Source of the DNA: Alphaproteobacteria bacterium
GTDB taxonomy: Bacteria > Pseudomonadota > Alphaproteobacteria > JASGCL01
Length of the DNA: 64,000 nt
Direction: 5' to 3'
Assembly: GCA_965262775.1 (NCBI GenBank)
Contig: CBDHFT010000007.1
Span: 147,847 to 211,846, forward strand
Made by a program: the position numbers and the translations under genes. The notes beneath the pieces were generated by a model. It did no database searches. It saw nothing but the letters and a program-made list of their open reading frames with translations, and was not told the origin of the DNA. Below are positions 19,474 through 28,398 of this stretch, piece by piece. Each line of letters begins with the position of its first letter. The stretch's first letter is position 1.

Positions 19474-20393
19474 GTTTTCATGTTGTTGAAATAAATAACC
19501 CCGCGAAAATAACGGTTGACCTTGGCCGTATAAAAATAAACGACCAAACCATTGCCGCCCGCGACGTCGCGGTGTTGGTGTTAAACCACCCCGAAATTGT
19601 TTTGTCCGCCCAAACGATTGCGCTGTTGGGCGAGCATGGCGCGGTGGTTATATCGGTTAACAGCAAACATATCCCCATTGCCATCACCTTGCCCTATAAC
19701 ATTAATTTGGCGGGGGCAAAAAACCCACATTTACAGGCTATCCATTTATCAACCGCCTATCCCGCGGGGTGGTGGCAAAAAATTGTGGCGCAAAAAATTG
19801 AAAACCATGGTTTTGTCATGAAACAATTAAACCAACCCCAGGCGTCAGAAAAATTATTGGCATTGCGCAACACCGTAACCCCGGGCGACAAAACCAATGT
19901 CGAAGGGTTAGCAGCCAAAATATTTTGGCAAGATTATTTTGATTCATTGCAAGGCGGCGGCAACCGCGAAAAACAACATGCCGAACAACCATTAAACAAA
20001 CATTTAAATTACGGTTATGCCATCGTAAGATCCCTGTTGGCGCGCGCATTTGCCGCCGCGGGTTTTTGTTGCAATTTTGGCGTCGGGCACCACCGCCAAG
20101 ACAACCCATTTAATTTGGTGGAAGATTTCATGGAACCATATCGCTATATTGCCGAATGGGTGGTGGCAAAAATGTTTCGCGCCGAACCCTTGCCCGACTT
20201 AACCCCCGCCAGCAAAAAACAATTGGTGACCGATATTCTTGCCATGCCCGTGCCCTTTGCCAAAAAAAATTATCGCTTAATCCCCGCCACCGAATACACC
20301 GCCAACAATTATGCCGAGGCCCTTGCCACGCCCGAAAAACCACTCGACTTACCCTGCCCCCTGGCTTGGCAAAAAATAACCAAACCCCGATAA
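19470..20393 (+). CDS. cas1: type II CRISPR-associated integrase Cas1
   Basis: WQKIVAQKIEN, GDKTNVEGLAAK, LNYGYAIVRS, GVGHHRQDNPFNLVEDFMEPYR; ATGA overlap with cas9. Confidence 0.97.
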   Translation: MSFHVVEINNPAKITVDLGRIKINDQTIAARDVAVLVLNHPEIVLSAQTIALLGEHGAVVISVNSKHIPIAITLPYNINLAGAKNPHLQAIHLSTAYPAGWWQKIVAQKIENHGFVMKQLNQPQASEKLLALRNTVTPGDKTNVEGLAAKIFWQDYFDSLQGGGNREKQHAEQPLNKHLNYGYAIVRSLLARAFAAAGFCCNFGVGHHRQDNPFNLVEDFMEPYRYIAEWVVAKMFRAEPLPDLTPASKKQLVTDILAMPVPFAKKNYRLIPATEYTANNYAEALATPEKPLDLPCPLAWQKITKPR

Positions 20394-20413
20394 CCACCCG
20401 CCCAACAAAAATA

Positions 20414-20767
20414 ATGACAGGCGATTTGTTATCATTCAACCCAAACAGTTGGCGCATCATGTGGCTTATATGTTGTTTTGACCTTCCTACCCACACCAAA
20501 AAAGAACGTTGGGCCTACAGCTATTTTCGTAAAAAATTGCTGACCAATGGTTTTCAACAAATGCAATTTTCGGTTTATCAACGGCATTTTGAAACATTTG
20601 CGAAAGCCCGCGCCGAAGCCAGCAAATTGGGGCAATTTGTGCCCGACGGTGGCAAGGTTAGTTTTATATTCTTAACCGATAAGCAATTTGGCATGACAAT
20701 CAATTTTTTTGGTTCATTCCATGCCGAAGACAGCCCCGACGCCCCCGAACAGCTTTTGCTGTTCTGA
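20414..20767 (+). CDS. cas2: CRISPR-associated Cas2
   Basis: WRIMWLICCFDLPT, FRKKLLTNGFQQMQFSVY, LTDKQF, C-terminal EQLLLF. The start is reassigned to the ATG at 20414. Confidence 0.95.
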   Translation: MTGDLLSFNPNSWRIMWLICCFDLPTHTKKERWAYSYFRKKLLTNGFQQMQFSVYQRHFETFAKARAEASKLGQFVPDGGKVSFIFLTDKQFGMTINFFGSFHAEDSPDAPEQLLLF

Positions 20768-20776
20768 ATAAAAAAT

Positions 20777-20816
20777 AAAAAAGGGAGCGTTGCGAAAAAC
20801 AACGCTCCCTTTTTTT
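20777..20816. terminator. bidirectional rho-independent terminator (cas operon / tracrRNA)
   Basis: A6-GGGAGCGTTG-cgaaaaa-CAACGCTCCC-T7. Confidence 0.9.
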
Positions 20817-20938
20817 AAATTTTAAAAATGGCTGAGTTACCTCAGTTACCCTAAATTCCAGTTGCCCAAAATTCAGACCTTTACGACTTTCTATAGTCTT
20901 GTTACCGAAGACGCTTCCCCAAGCGGATTATATTAGAA
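20777..20938 (-). ncRNA. tracrRNA: tracrRNA
   Basis: Anti-repeat at 20901-20938. On the minus strand it is followed by a nexus-like AACAAGACT-ATAGAA-AGTC-GTAAAGG, a CTGAG-GTAA-CTCAG hairpin and a terminator. The 3' end is either ~20824 or ~20777. Confidence 0.85.
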
Positions 20939-20943
20939 ATAAT

Positions 20944-20973
20944 AATTTACTACCTTACATCGCTTCATGTCAA
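20944..20973 (-). promoter_or_regulatory. sigma70 promoter for tracrRNA
   Basis: Minus strand TTGACA (20973-20968), N18, TAAATT (20949-20944). The predicted TSS near 20937 coincides with the start of the anti-repeat. Confidence 0.65.
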
Positions 20974-21034
20974 GATATTTTTTATAAAAAAACATCTTTT
21001 TTATTGCTATTTTTCAATCACCTGCAACATCAAT

Positions 21035-22478
21035 GTTCTAACATAATCCGCTTGGGGGAGCAATCGGAACGTTCTTCCTTTTGTAATTAAGGTTGTTGAT
21101 GTTCTAACATAATCCGCTTGGGGGAGCAATCGGAACGTGCCTTGGTAGGCGTTCTAAGAAGTTAATGTTCTAACATAATCCGCTTGGGGGAGCAATCGGA
21201 ACTGCTGTCGCAATCATCAGCTAGGGCAACACGTTCTAACATAATCCGCTTGGGGGAGCAATCGGAACTTACTCAAACAAAACACAACAGAAAGGGTGGT
21301 TCTAACATAATCCGCTTGGGGGAGCAATCGGAACGCTTTTTCGGGGGCCGAAAATGGATTTGATGTTCTAACATAATCCGCTTGGGGGAGCAATCGGAAC
21401 CTAAAAGGGCAGGTGGATTTAAGCTTGGTTGTTCTAACATAATCCGCTTGGGGGAGCAATCGGAACCACGGTGCGCCAGGCGACAATAATTCATTTGTTC
21501 TAACATAATCCGCTTGGGGGAGCAATCGGAACATGTATTGCAAGGCTCAGGTGTATGGCGATGTTCTAACATAATCCGCTTGGGGGAGCAATCGGAACAT
21601 TCTTTTAGCCACGTACAATTTCAGTTCTGTTCTAACATAATCCGCTTGGGGGAGCAATCGGAACTTGATTACCATCTTTAACTGGCTCCGTGTTGTTCTA
21701 ACATAATCCGCTTGGGGGAGCAATCGGAACTACGCCGACAAGATGTTGCGAGGTTTAAGTGTTCTAACATAATCCGCTTGGGGGAGCAATCGGAACTGGA
21801 TTCTTGATGGAAGAAGGGATGATTGAGTTCTAACATAATCCGCTTGGGGGAGCAATCGGAACACAGAACATGTTCTAACATAATCCGCTTGGGGGAGCAA
21901 TAATGATTATTGTTGTTCTAACATAATCCGCTTGGGGGAGCAATCGGAACCAATCAAGATAAGCATTATCCATCACGGGGGTTCTAACATAATCCGCTTG
22001 GGGGAGCAATCGGAACGCCTGTGCCTGTGGGCGCAACCCCAACCCCGTTCTAACATAATCCGCTTGGGGGAGCAATCGGAACAGCATCTGCGTGCTGGCC
22101 ATAACAGTCATCGTTCTAACATAATCCGCTTGGGGGAGCAATCGGAACTGGGCGATGTATTATTCTTTAAAAATAGAGGTTCTAACATAATCCGCTTGGG
22201 GGAGCAATCGGAACATTTCAACAATATTTTTATCGTTTGGGAATGTTCTAACATAATCCGCTTGGGGGAGCAATCGGAACACATTTAGCATTACAGGGTC
22301 GCAACAATTTGTTCTAACATAATCCGCTTGGGGGAGCAATCGGAACGTGTATGGCGATGCTCAGGTGTCTGACAATGTTCTAACATAATCCGCTTGGGGG
22401 AGCAATCGGAACCGCAAATCGCTAATTTCTTCGGAAGCCAACGTTCTAACATAATCCGCTTGGGGGAGCAATCGGAAC
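21035..22478 (-). CRISPR. CRISPR array: 23 repeats of 36 bp (plus strand GTTCTAACATAATCCGCTTGGGGGAGCAATCGGAAC), 22 spacers, mostly 30 bp
   Basis: 66-bp periodicity; one 9-bp spacer, one repeat truncated to 30 bp and one 13-bp spacer at 21863-21914. The strand is inferred from the tracrRNA orientation. Confidence 0.99.
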
Positions 22479-22584
22479 TGCACCAAGATGATTTGGTTGG
22501 TCATGCTGTTCCCTTTCTGCCACACCCCCCCCATTGGGCATTATTGGGTATTATTGGGCATTAACGGGCGTTAGTGGTCGTTTA

Positions 22585-23829
22585 TTAAAATATCAACCCA
22601 ATTCTACCGCCTAGTTCGAATGATAGCGGGCCAGGGGACTGGATTATGTCATTACCGCTATGGTCGGTATTAATGTAAAGTATGCTTTTTAACTCGTGGA
22701 TATACCTGGTGTAAATACTTAACGTAAAAAAATCACTCCTGTAATCAACTTGTACAATCGGCGCGATTACAAACCCCGCGTCATCCTTTGCTATTGTTTG
22801 GGCGGGTGATGTGCGTTGTGTAGCGTATGGAATTGTTACAGGGATATTTGCTTCGGGTGTTGGCGCAGGTGTCGGTGTCGGCGCAGGCGTGGGCACTGGC
22901 GCAGGGGTTGGTGTCGGCGCAGGGGTTGGTGTCGGCGCAGGGGTTGGTGTCGGCGCAGGGGTTGGTGTCGGCGCAGGGGTTGGTGTTGGCGCAGGTGTCG
23001 GCGCAGGGGTTGGCGTTGGCGCAGGTGTCGGCGTGGGCGCAGGTGTCGGTGTTGGCGCAGGTGTCGGTGTCGGCGCAGGGGTTGGCACTGGCATGAGTAT
23101 GATAGGCGGGGTCTCGGGTGCAAGCCAACTATCCACGGTGATTTTCTTTTCAACACCTGTTACAGTATAGATTAAATTAACAGTATAGCCAACGGCGGGA
23201 AGCCTAACATTATCTTTAATTGCCTGGGTAAGTTGTTCATAATCTATAATCATGTTATCAAGTTGCGCAGTTAAGTTTGCTGCTGTTGAAGATAAATCGG
23301 TAATATCAACCACACCATTATTAAAATCTTCGGCAGTAAGTTTTATTTTAATTTTATGTTGCGATAAGATAGGGGTTAGCGACCCAGGATTAGTTTGTGT
23401 GGGATTATCAACCGCCTGTATAGACGTAACATCCGCGCCCTTCGCAAGAAAATTGGATCCATTATTATTAACAGCAACATCGCTTAAACTAAAACCTAAA
23501 CCAACGCCTGCCTTAATCGACCAGTTTTTGTTAAACTCATACCTATAACTTGGGGTGAACAACGCAATATTATAATTTACTTTTGAGCCAGCATTATCCC
23601 GAGAGCTAAAACCAACCCACTCGCCGTCCAGTGTAAAATTATTCCATTTGTATCCTATGCTAGCGCCATAACCCACAGCGATGTTATTCCCCACGCTAAA
23701 AGTTTTTCCGCTTTTAAATGTGAAGTCAGACTTGAAAGCATTTATCGCGCTCGCGCCGACATTAAAGTAAACCTCTGATTTGGCCAAGCTAGGCAATGCC
23801 ACTAGAAAGGTTATTAGTATTTTTTTCAT
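22585..23829 (-). CDS. outer-membrane beta-barrel (OmpA/Opa-like) surface protein with large insertion and Pro/Thr/Ala repeat
   Basis: Signal peptide (…LAKS/E); amphipathic strands [30 protein letters not shown]; C-terminal [11 protein letters not shown] ending in Phe. Confidence 0.7.
   Translation of the reverse strand: MKKILITFLVALPSLAKSEVYFNVGASAINAFKSDFTFKSGKTFSVGNNIAVGYGASIGYKWNNFTLDGEWVGFSSRDNAGSKVNYNIALFTPSYRYEFNKNWSIKAGVGLGFSLSDVAVNNNGSNFLAKGADVTSIQAVDNPTQTNPGSLTPILSQHKIKIKLTAEDFNNGVVDITDLSSTAANLTAQLDNMIIDYEQLTQAIKDNVRLPAVGYTVNLIYTVTGVEKKITVDSWLAPETPPIILMPVPTPAPTPTPAPTPTPAPTPTPAPTPTPAPTPAPTPTPAPTPTPAPTPTPAPTPTPAPTPTPAPVPTPAPTPTPAPTPEANIPVTIPYATQRTSPAQTIAKDDAGFVIAPIVQVDYRSDFFTLSIYTRYIHELKSILYINTDHSGNDIIQSPGPLSFELGGRIGLIF
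22855..23091. repeat. 18-bp coding VNTR, about 13 copies, encoding (PTPTPA)n
   Basis: Repeated GGCGCAGG(G/T)GT(T/C)GGTGT(C/T). Confidence 0.95.
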
Positions 23830-24526
23830 ATTTTATGGATGTTGTTAGTATTTTCTTTATGCTTGATAAATATTATTAATATTTTTTTTATAGTTGAGAG
23901 CGTTTATTTTATTTTTTTAAACTTGTAAAGAATCTAAAAGTTGTTTTTTGAAATACAATTCATCGCATGATGGTTGATGCCAATCATTCTTGATGATGTA
24001 ATTAATTTTTTCGATGAACAATCTCTAAGTGGTTGCAACTAATATTTTTGCAACTATGCAACTTAATCCAAAAGTAATAATATTAAAATTTTCTCTTTTT
24101 GGTCGCGCAAAAAATTTACGTGGCTCATCTGAAGTTTTACTTAGAAAAATAATAGCCATGTCGGCGAATAATTTATTACAACTCTTTAAGGTTGAATAAA
24201 AATGCGTGGTAGCTATATAGTCAGATGTTTATTTGTAAATATTCCGTCGAAAACGCCATCAGTTTTTTTAAACTTATCAAACTTGTCAATTTCCATCCGT
24301 TAAATTTTTTAAAAAAATTCGTTTTAATCGGCTTAGAGAATACAATCGGCCCCGCCCCCTCTCCCGCCGCGTGAAGAAAAAATTATCACTATATTGGGGG
24401 TTGCGATTTTTTAACCTCCGCCGATTGGGTTATTTTATTTATCGTGATTGAAAACCATAAGATAATTAGATAAGGTAAATTGAAAAAATTATTTTTGCTA
24501 CATTCTGAATTGTTTTTATCATCACC

Positions 24527-27500
24527 ATGCGCTCCCCCAAAAAAATGCCCCCTGTTACCCATGATGTGCGGGATAGCAAATGGCAATTCTTTATCGACCG
24601 CGGCGGAACATTTACCGATATTATTGCTATTGCGCCCGCTGGTCATTCCACTTCGTCGGGCGCGGTGGTGGTTAAAAAATTCTTGTCCGATAATCCCCAA
24701 CAATATAAAGACGCCGCAATTTTCGGTATAAGGCAAATCCTGAACCTGCCGCTTGATAAAAAAATTCCTGGCAACCTTGTCTCCACCATCAAACTTGGCA
24801 CCACGGTTGCCACCAACGCACTGCTGGAGCGAAAGGGGGAAAAAACCGCCCTCCTCACCACGGCGGGCTTCGCCGATATTCTACGCATCGCCAATCAACA
24901 ACGCCCCGATATTTTTGCATTGGAAATTATCAAACCCGACCAATTGTATGAAATCGTGGCCACGGTAAAGGAACGTATGGATGTCGCGGGAAAAATTATC
25001 ACCCCGCTTGACGAGGGTGAAGCAAAGCAGACATTGCAAAAATTATACGACCAGGGTTATCGTTCCATCGCCGTGGTGTTGATGCACAGCGTTACAAACG
25101 GTGCCCATGAAAAAAAATTGGCGGATCTTGCGCAACAAATTGGTTTCAATCAAATCGCCCTCAGCCATGTGGTTAGCCCGTTGGTTAAAATTGCGCCGCG
25201 CGGCGACACCGCGGTTATTTCAACTTATCTATCACCCGTCTTGCACCGCTACATCGAACAGGTAAAAAATGAAATCGAAGATGATGTCGAATTGTTATTC
25301 ATGCAATCCAGTGGCGGCCTAACCACCGCGCCATTTTTTCATGGCGAAAATTCTTTGTTATCGGGTCCCGCGGGCGGGGTTATTGGCGCGGTCACGGTGG
25401 CACAGCAAGCTGGCTTTGATAAAATAGTTTCATTCGACATGGGCGGCACATCAACCGACACCGCGCATTTTATTGGCGAAAAAAACAAATCAAACGATTA
25501 TGAAAAAACATTCGATACCGTTATCGCGGGCACGCGCGTGCGGGTGCCAATGTTAAAGGTTGAAACATTGGCGGCGGGCGGCGGCAGTATTTGCCATTTT
25601 GACGGCAGTGCCATGACTGTCGGCCCCCATAGCGCGGGGTCAAACCCTGGCCCCGCATGTTATGGCCGCGGCGGCCCCCTAACCATTACCGATTGCCATG
25701 TCATGTTGGGGCGGTTGCGACCCGAATTTTTTCCGTCAATATTTGGTAAAAACAATAATGAACCATTGGATAAGGCGGTGGTGCATCAAAAATTTTTAGA
25801 ACTTTCCAGCCAGATGAAAAAATCACCCGAAGCCATAGCCAGCGGATTCATGAAAATTGCCGATGAAAAAATGTCGGCGGGTATAAAAAAAATATCGATT
25901 GCCATGGGGCACAATATTAAAAACCACCTGTTGGTCGGGTTCGGCGGTAATGGTGGTCAACATGTTTGCGCCATTGCCGATAATTTGGGGATTGACCATG
26001 CGTTGTTGCACCCCATGGCTGGGGTGTTGTCGGCCTATGGCATTGGCATGGCGGGGGTTACGGCGCGGCGCGAACGCTCGGTGGGGCTACGCCTCAATGA
26101 TTCTCATTTAAAAAAAATAACCACCCTAAGCAAAGAATTAATCAAAGAGGCCGAAGCAGAATTAATTGCCCAATCCATCCTGCCCGCCGACCTTCATTAT
26201 CACCTGCACTGCCGCTACGCTGGGTCCGATGTCACCCTCCCCCTCGCCATTCCGTTTCAAACTAAAGGAAAAGATTCTGCCCATTTATCGACAAAAAAAA
26301 TATTTTTGCAATTTCAAAAATTGCACCACGAAAAATTTGGCTTTACCCAAAACACCGATTCTTCAAAACTTATTATTGAATTGATTGCCATTGTGTTGCA
26401 AGGCCACAACCCCACGGCGGGGCGGCTTGCCAACTACACCCCGCATAACACATCCAGCCGTCAACCAACCGACGCCACCATAACCACGGCGTCGGTTTTT
26501 ATAGACAAGGGTGGAAAAACAACAAAGAATGATATTCCCATATTATCGCGGGCCAACATGAAACCAAATAAAAAAATAATGGGGCCCGCTATCATTGTTG
26601 AAAATACCAGCACCAATTTTGTAGCGCCGGGTTGGAGCGCGCAATTATTAAAAAATCATAGCCTGCTGCTAACCCGCGACAAAAAAACAAAACGAAATAC
26701 CCAACCGCGCCATCATGTCGCCAACAACATCGCCGACCCCGTTACCTTAGAAATTTTTAACAACCGATTCATGACCATTGCCGAACAAATGGGCTTCACC
26801 CTGCAGAACACTGCCTTTTCGGTTAATATAAAAGAACGGTTAGATTTTTCTTGCGCTATTTTCGACCACACGGGTGATTTAATTGCCAACGCGCCGCATA
26901 TTCCCGTTCATTTGGGCAGCATGGCCGACAGCGTGCGCTACCTTATCAAAACCTATCAAACACAAAAAAAGAAATTGAAAATGGGCGATAGCTTCCTTAT
27001 GAACAGCCCTTACCACGGCGGCACCCATTTGCCCGATGTCACGGTTATTAACCCTGTTTTCATCGACAACAAATTAACTTTTTTTGTTGCATCGCGCGGC
27101 CACCACACCGACATTGGCGGCATCAGCCCAGGATCCATGCCCGCCCATTCAAAACATATTGATGAGGAAGGAATCCTCATCGATCATTTTCATTTGGTTA
27201 AGAACGGCATATTGCAAACCGATGGATTAAAAAAAATTCTTACCAACCACCCCCACCCCGTGCGCGACCTGGCGCAAAATTTTTCAGACATCCATGCGCA
27301 ACTTGCCGCCAATAAAAAAGGCATCAGCGAATTGGAAAAAACTTGTGAAGAATATGGGCGAGCACAAACCACGGCCTACATGGGTTTTATGAAACAGCAA
27401 GCCGCCACCGAAGTAAAAAAAGTTATCGAGCAATTGCGCGATGGTCATTTTACCTACCCCATGGATAATGGTGCGGTCATCACATTATCCCTGACCATTG

Positions 27501-28366
27501 ATAAAAAAAATCAAACGGCCACGATTGATTTTACGGGCACCTCCCCCATTCAGCCCAATAATTTTAACGCCCCCTTTGCGATTGTCAAATCGGTGTTGCT
27601 TTATGTCTTCCGAGCATTGATTAATAAGAATATTTCGCTTAACGAAGGTTGCCTTCATCCACTCCGTATTATCGTGCCAGAAAATTGCATGTTGCGTCCG
27701 CGCTACCCCGCCGCGGTGGTGGCGGGCAATGTTGAAACCAGCCAGGTGATTGCCGATTGCCTTTATGCTGCCATGGGCGTCATGGCGGCATGCCAAGGGA
27801 CGATGAACAACCTAACTTTTGGTAATCAACAATATCAATATTATGAAACCATTGCGGGCGGCACGGGGGCGGGGCAAAAACTAAATGGCACAAAATTCCA
27901 TGGCGCCGACGCGGTCCATAGCCACATGACCAATTCGCGCATGACCGACCCCGAAATTATGGAGGCACGCTACCCCGTGCGCATTATCGAATATGCCATA
28001 CGCCAGGGCAGCGGTGGCGGGCGCGATGAAACCAACGATGATATTGCCGCACCAAAAAATCTAAGCGAACATATTGGTCAAAACACAATGGGCAAAAAAT
28101 TACATAAGGTTTATCCTGGTGGCAATGGCTTTACCAAGCGTATCTTATTTTTAGAAAAAATGACCTTGAATATTCTTGCCAACCATCGCGCGGTGCCGCC
28201 ATTTGGTTTGCATGGCGGGGCCGCGGGTAAAGTGGGCGAAAATTATATAGAAGATACCAATGGCAACATCGACCGTTTATCCGCCACTGACAGCCGCCTT
28301 ATCAAGGCGGGTGATATTTTTACCATCCACACCCCAGGGGGCGGCGCGTTTGGCGAAGCGGATTAA
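24527..28366 (+). CDS. fused hydantoinase A/B / 5-oxoprolinase (ATP-hydrolysing) family protein
   Basis: IDRGGTFTD, GTTVATNALLERKG, SGPAGGV, FDMGGTSTD, NIKERLDFSCA, HIPVHLGSM, QGTMNN, TPGGG. Confidence 0.93.
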   Translation: MRSPKKMPPVTHDVRDSKWQFFIDRGGTFTDIIAIAPAGHSTSSGAVVVKKFLSDNPQQYKDAAIFGIRQILNLPLDKKIPGNLVSTIKLGTTVATNALLERKGEKTALLTTAGFADILRIANQQRPDIFALEIIKPDQLYEIVATVKERMDVAGKIITPLDEGEAKQTLQKLYDQGYRSIAVVLMHSVTNGAHEKKLADLAQQIGFNQIALSHVVSPLVKIAPRGDTAVISTYLSPVLHRYIEQVKNEIEDDVELLFMQSSGGLTTAPFFHGENSLLSGPAGGVIGAVTVAQQAGFDKIVSFDMGGTSTDTAHFIGEKNKSNDYEKTFDTVIAGTRVRVPMLKVETLAAGGGSICHFDGSAMTVGPHSAGSNPGPACYGRGGPLTITDCHVMLGRLRPEFFPSIFGKNNNEPLDKAVVHQKFLELSSQMKKSPEAIASGFMKIADEKMSAGIKKISIAMGHNIKNHLLVGFGGNGGQHVCAIADNLGIDHALLHPMAGVLSAYGIGMAGVTARRERSVGLRLNDSHLKKITTLSKELIKEAEAELIAQSILPADLHYHLHCRYAGSDVTLPLAIPFQTKGKDSAHLSTKKIFLQFQKLHHEKFGFTQNTDSSKLIIELIAIVLQGHNPTAGRLANYTPHNTSSRQPTDATITTASVFIDKGGKTTKNDIPILSRANMKPNKKIMGPAIIVENTSTNFVAPGWSAQLLKNHSLLLTRDKKTKRNTQPRHHVANNIADPVTLEIFNNRFMTIAEQMGFTLQNTAFSVNIKERLDFSCAIFDHTGDLIANAPHIPVHLGSMADSVRYLIKTYQTQKKKLKMGDSFLMNSPYHGGTHLPDVTVINPVFIDNKLTFFVASRGHHTDIGGISPGSMPAHSKHIDEEGILIDHFHLVKNGILQTDGLKKILTNHPHPVRDLAQNFSDIHAQLAANKKGISELEKTCEEYGRAQTTAYMGFMKQQAATEVKKVIEQLRDGHFTYPMDNGAVITLSLTIDKKNQTATIDFTGTSPIQPNNFNAPFAIVKSVLLYVFRALINKNISLNEGCLHPLRIIVPENCMLRPRYPAAVVAGNVETSQVIADCLYAAMGVMAACQGTMNNLTFGNQQYQYYETIAGGTGAGQKLNGTKFHGADAVHSHMTNSRMTDPEIMEARYPVRIIEYAIRQGSGGGRDETNDDIAAPKNLSEHIGQNTMGKKLHKVYPGGNGFTKRILFLEKMTLNILANHRAVPPFGLHGGAAGKVGENYIEDTNGNIDRLSATDSRLIKAGDIFTIHTPGGGAFGEAD

Positions 28367-28398
28367 TGGAAATGGATGCTGAAGATTTGCGGGCGAAG

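Noticed and set aside
20156-20413. 203-aa long version of Cas2 in the ORF track
   Set aside because: The extension overlaps cas1 in another frame; Cas2 homology begins near 20414.
22017-22046. Spacer 16 can encode PVPVGATPTP, resembling the adjacent Pro/Thr repeat gene (possible self-targeting)
   Set aside because: No extended nucleotide match to 22855-23091 on either strand by eye; the resemblance is compositional only.
22149-22178. Spacer 18 can encode GDVLFFKNR, like NlpC/P60 phage tail peptidases
   Set aside because: Nine residues are too few to support a target without a search.
21217-22288. ORFs with repeating peptides (FRLLPQADYVRT, SDCSPKRIMLE, SNIIRLGEQSE)
   Set aside because: Artefacts of the 66-bp (multiple of 3) CRISPR period.
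22533-22582. Degenerate 10-bp tandem repeat (ATTGGGCATT)
   Set aside because: Short low-complexity repeat at the array trailer with no evident function.
22781-23175. Multiple overlapping ORFs (GVGAGV, CRRRGW, ADTNPC)
   Set aside because: Shadow frames of the 18-bp coding repeat.
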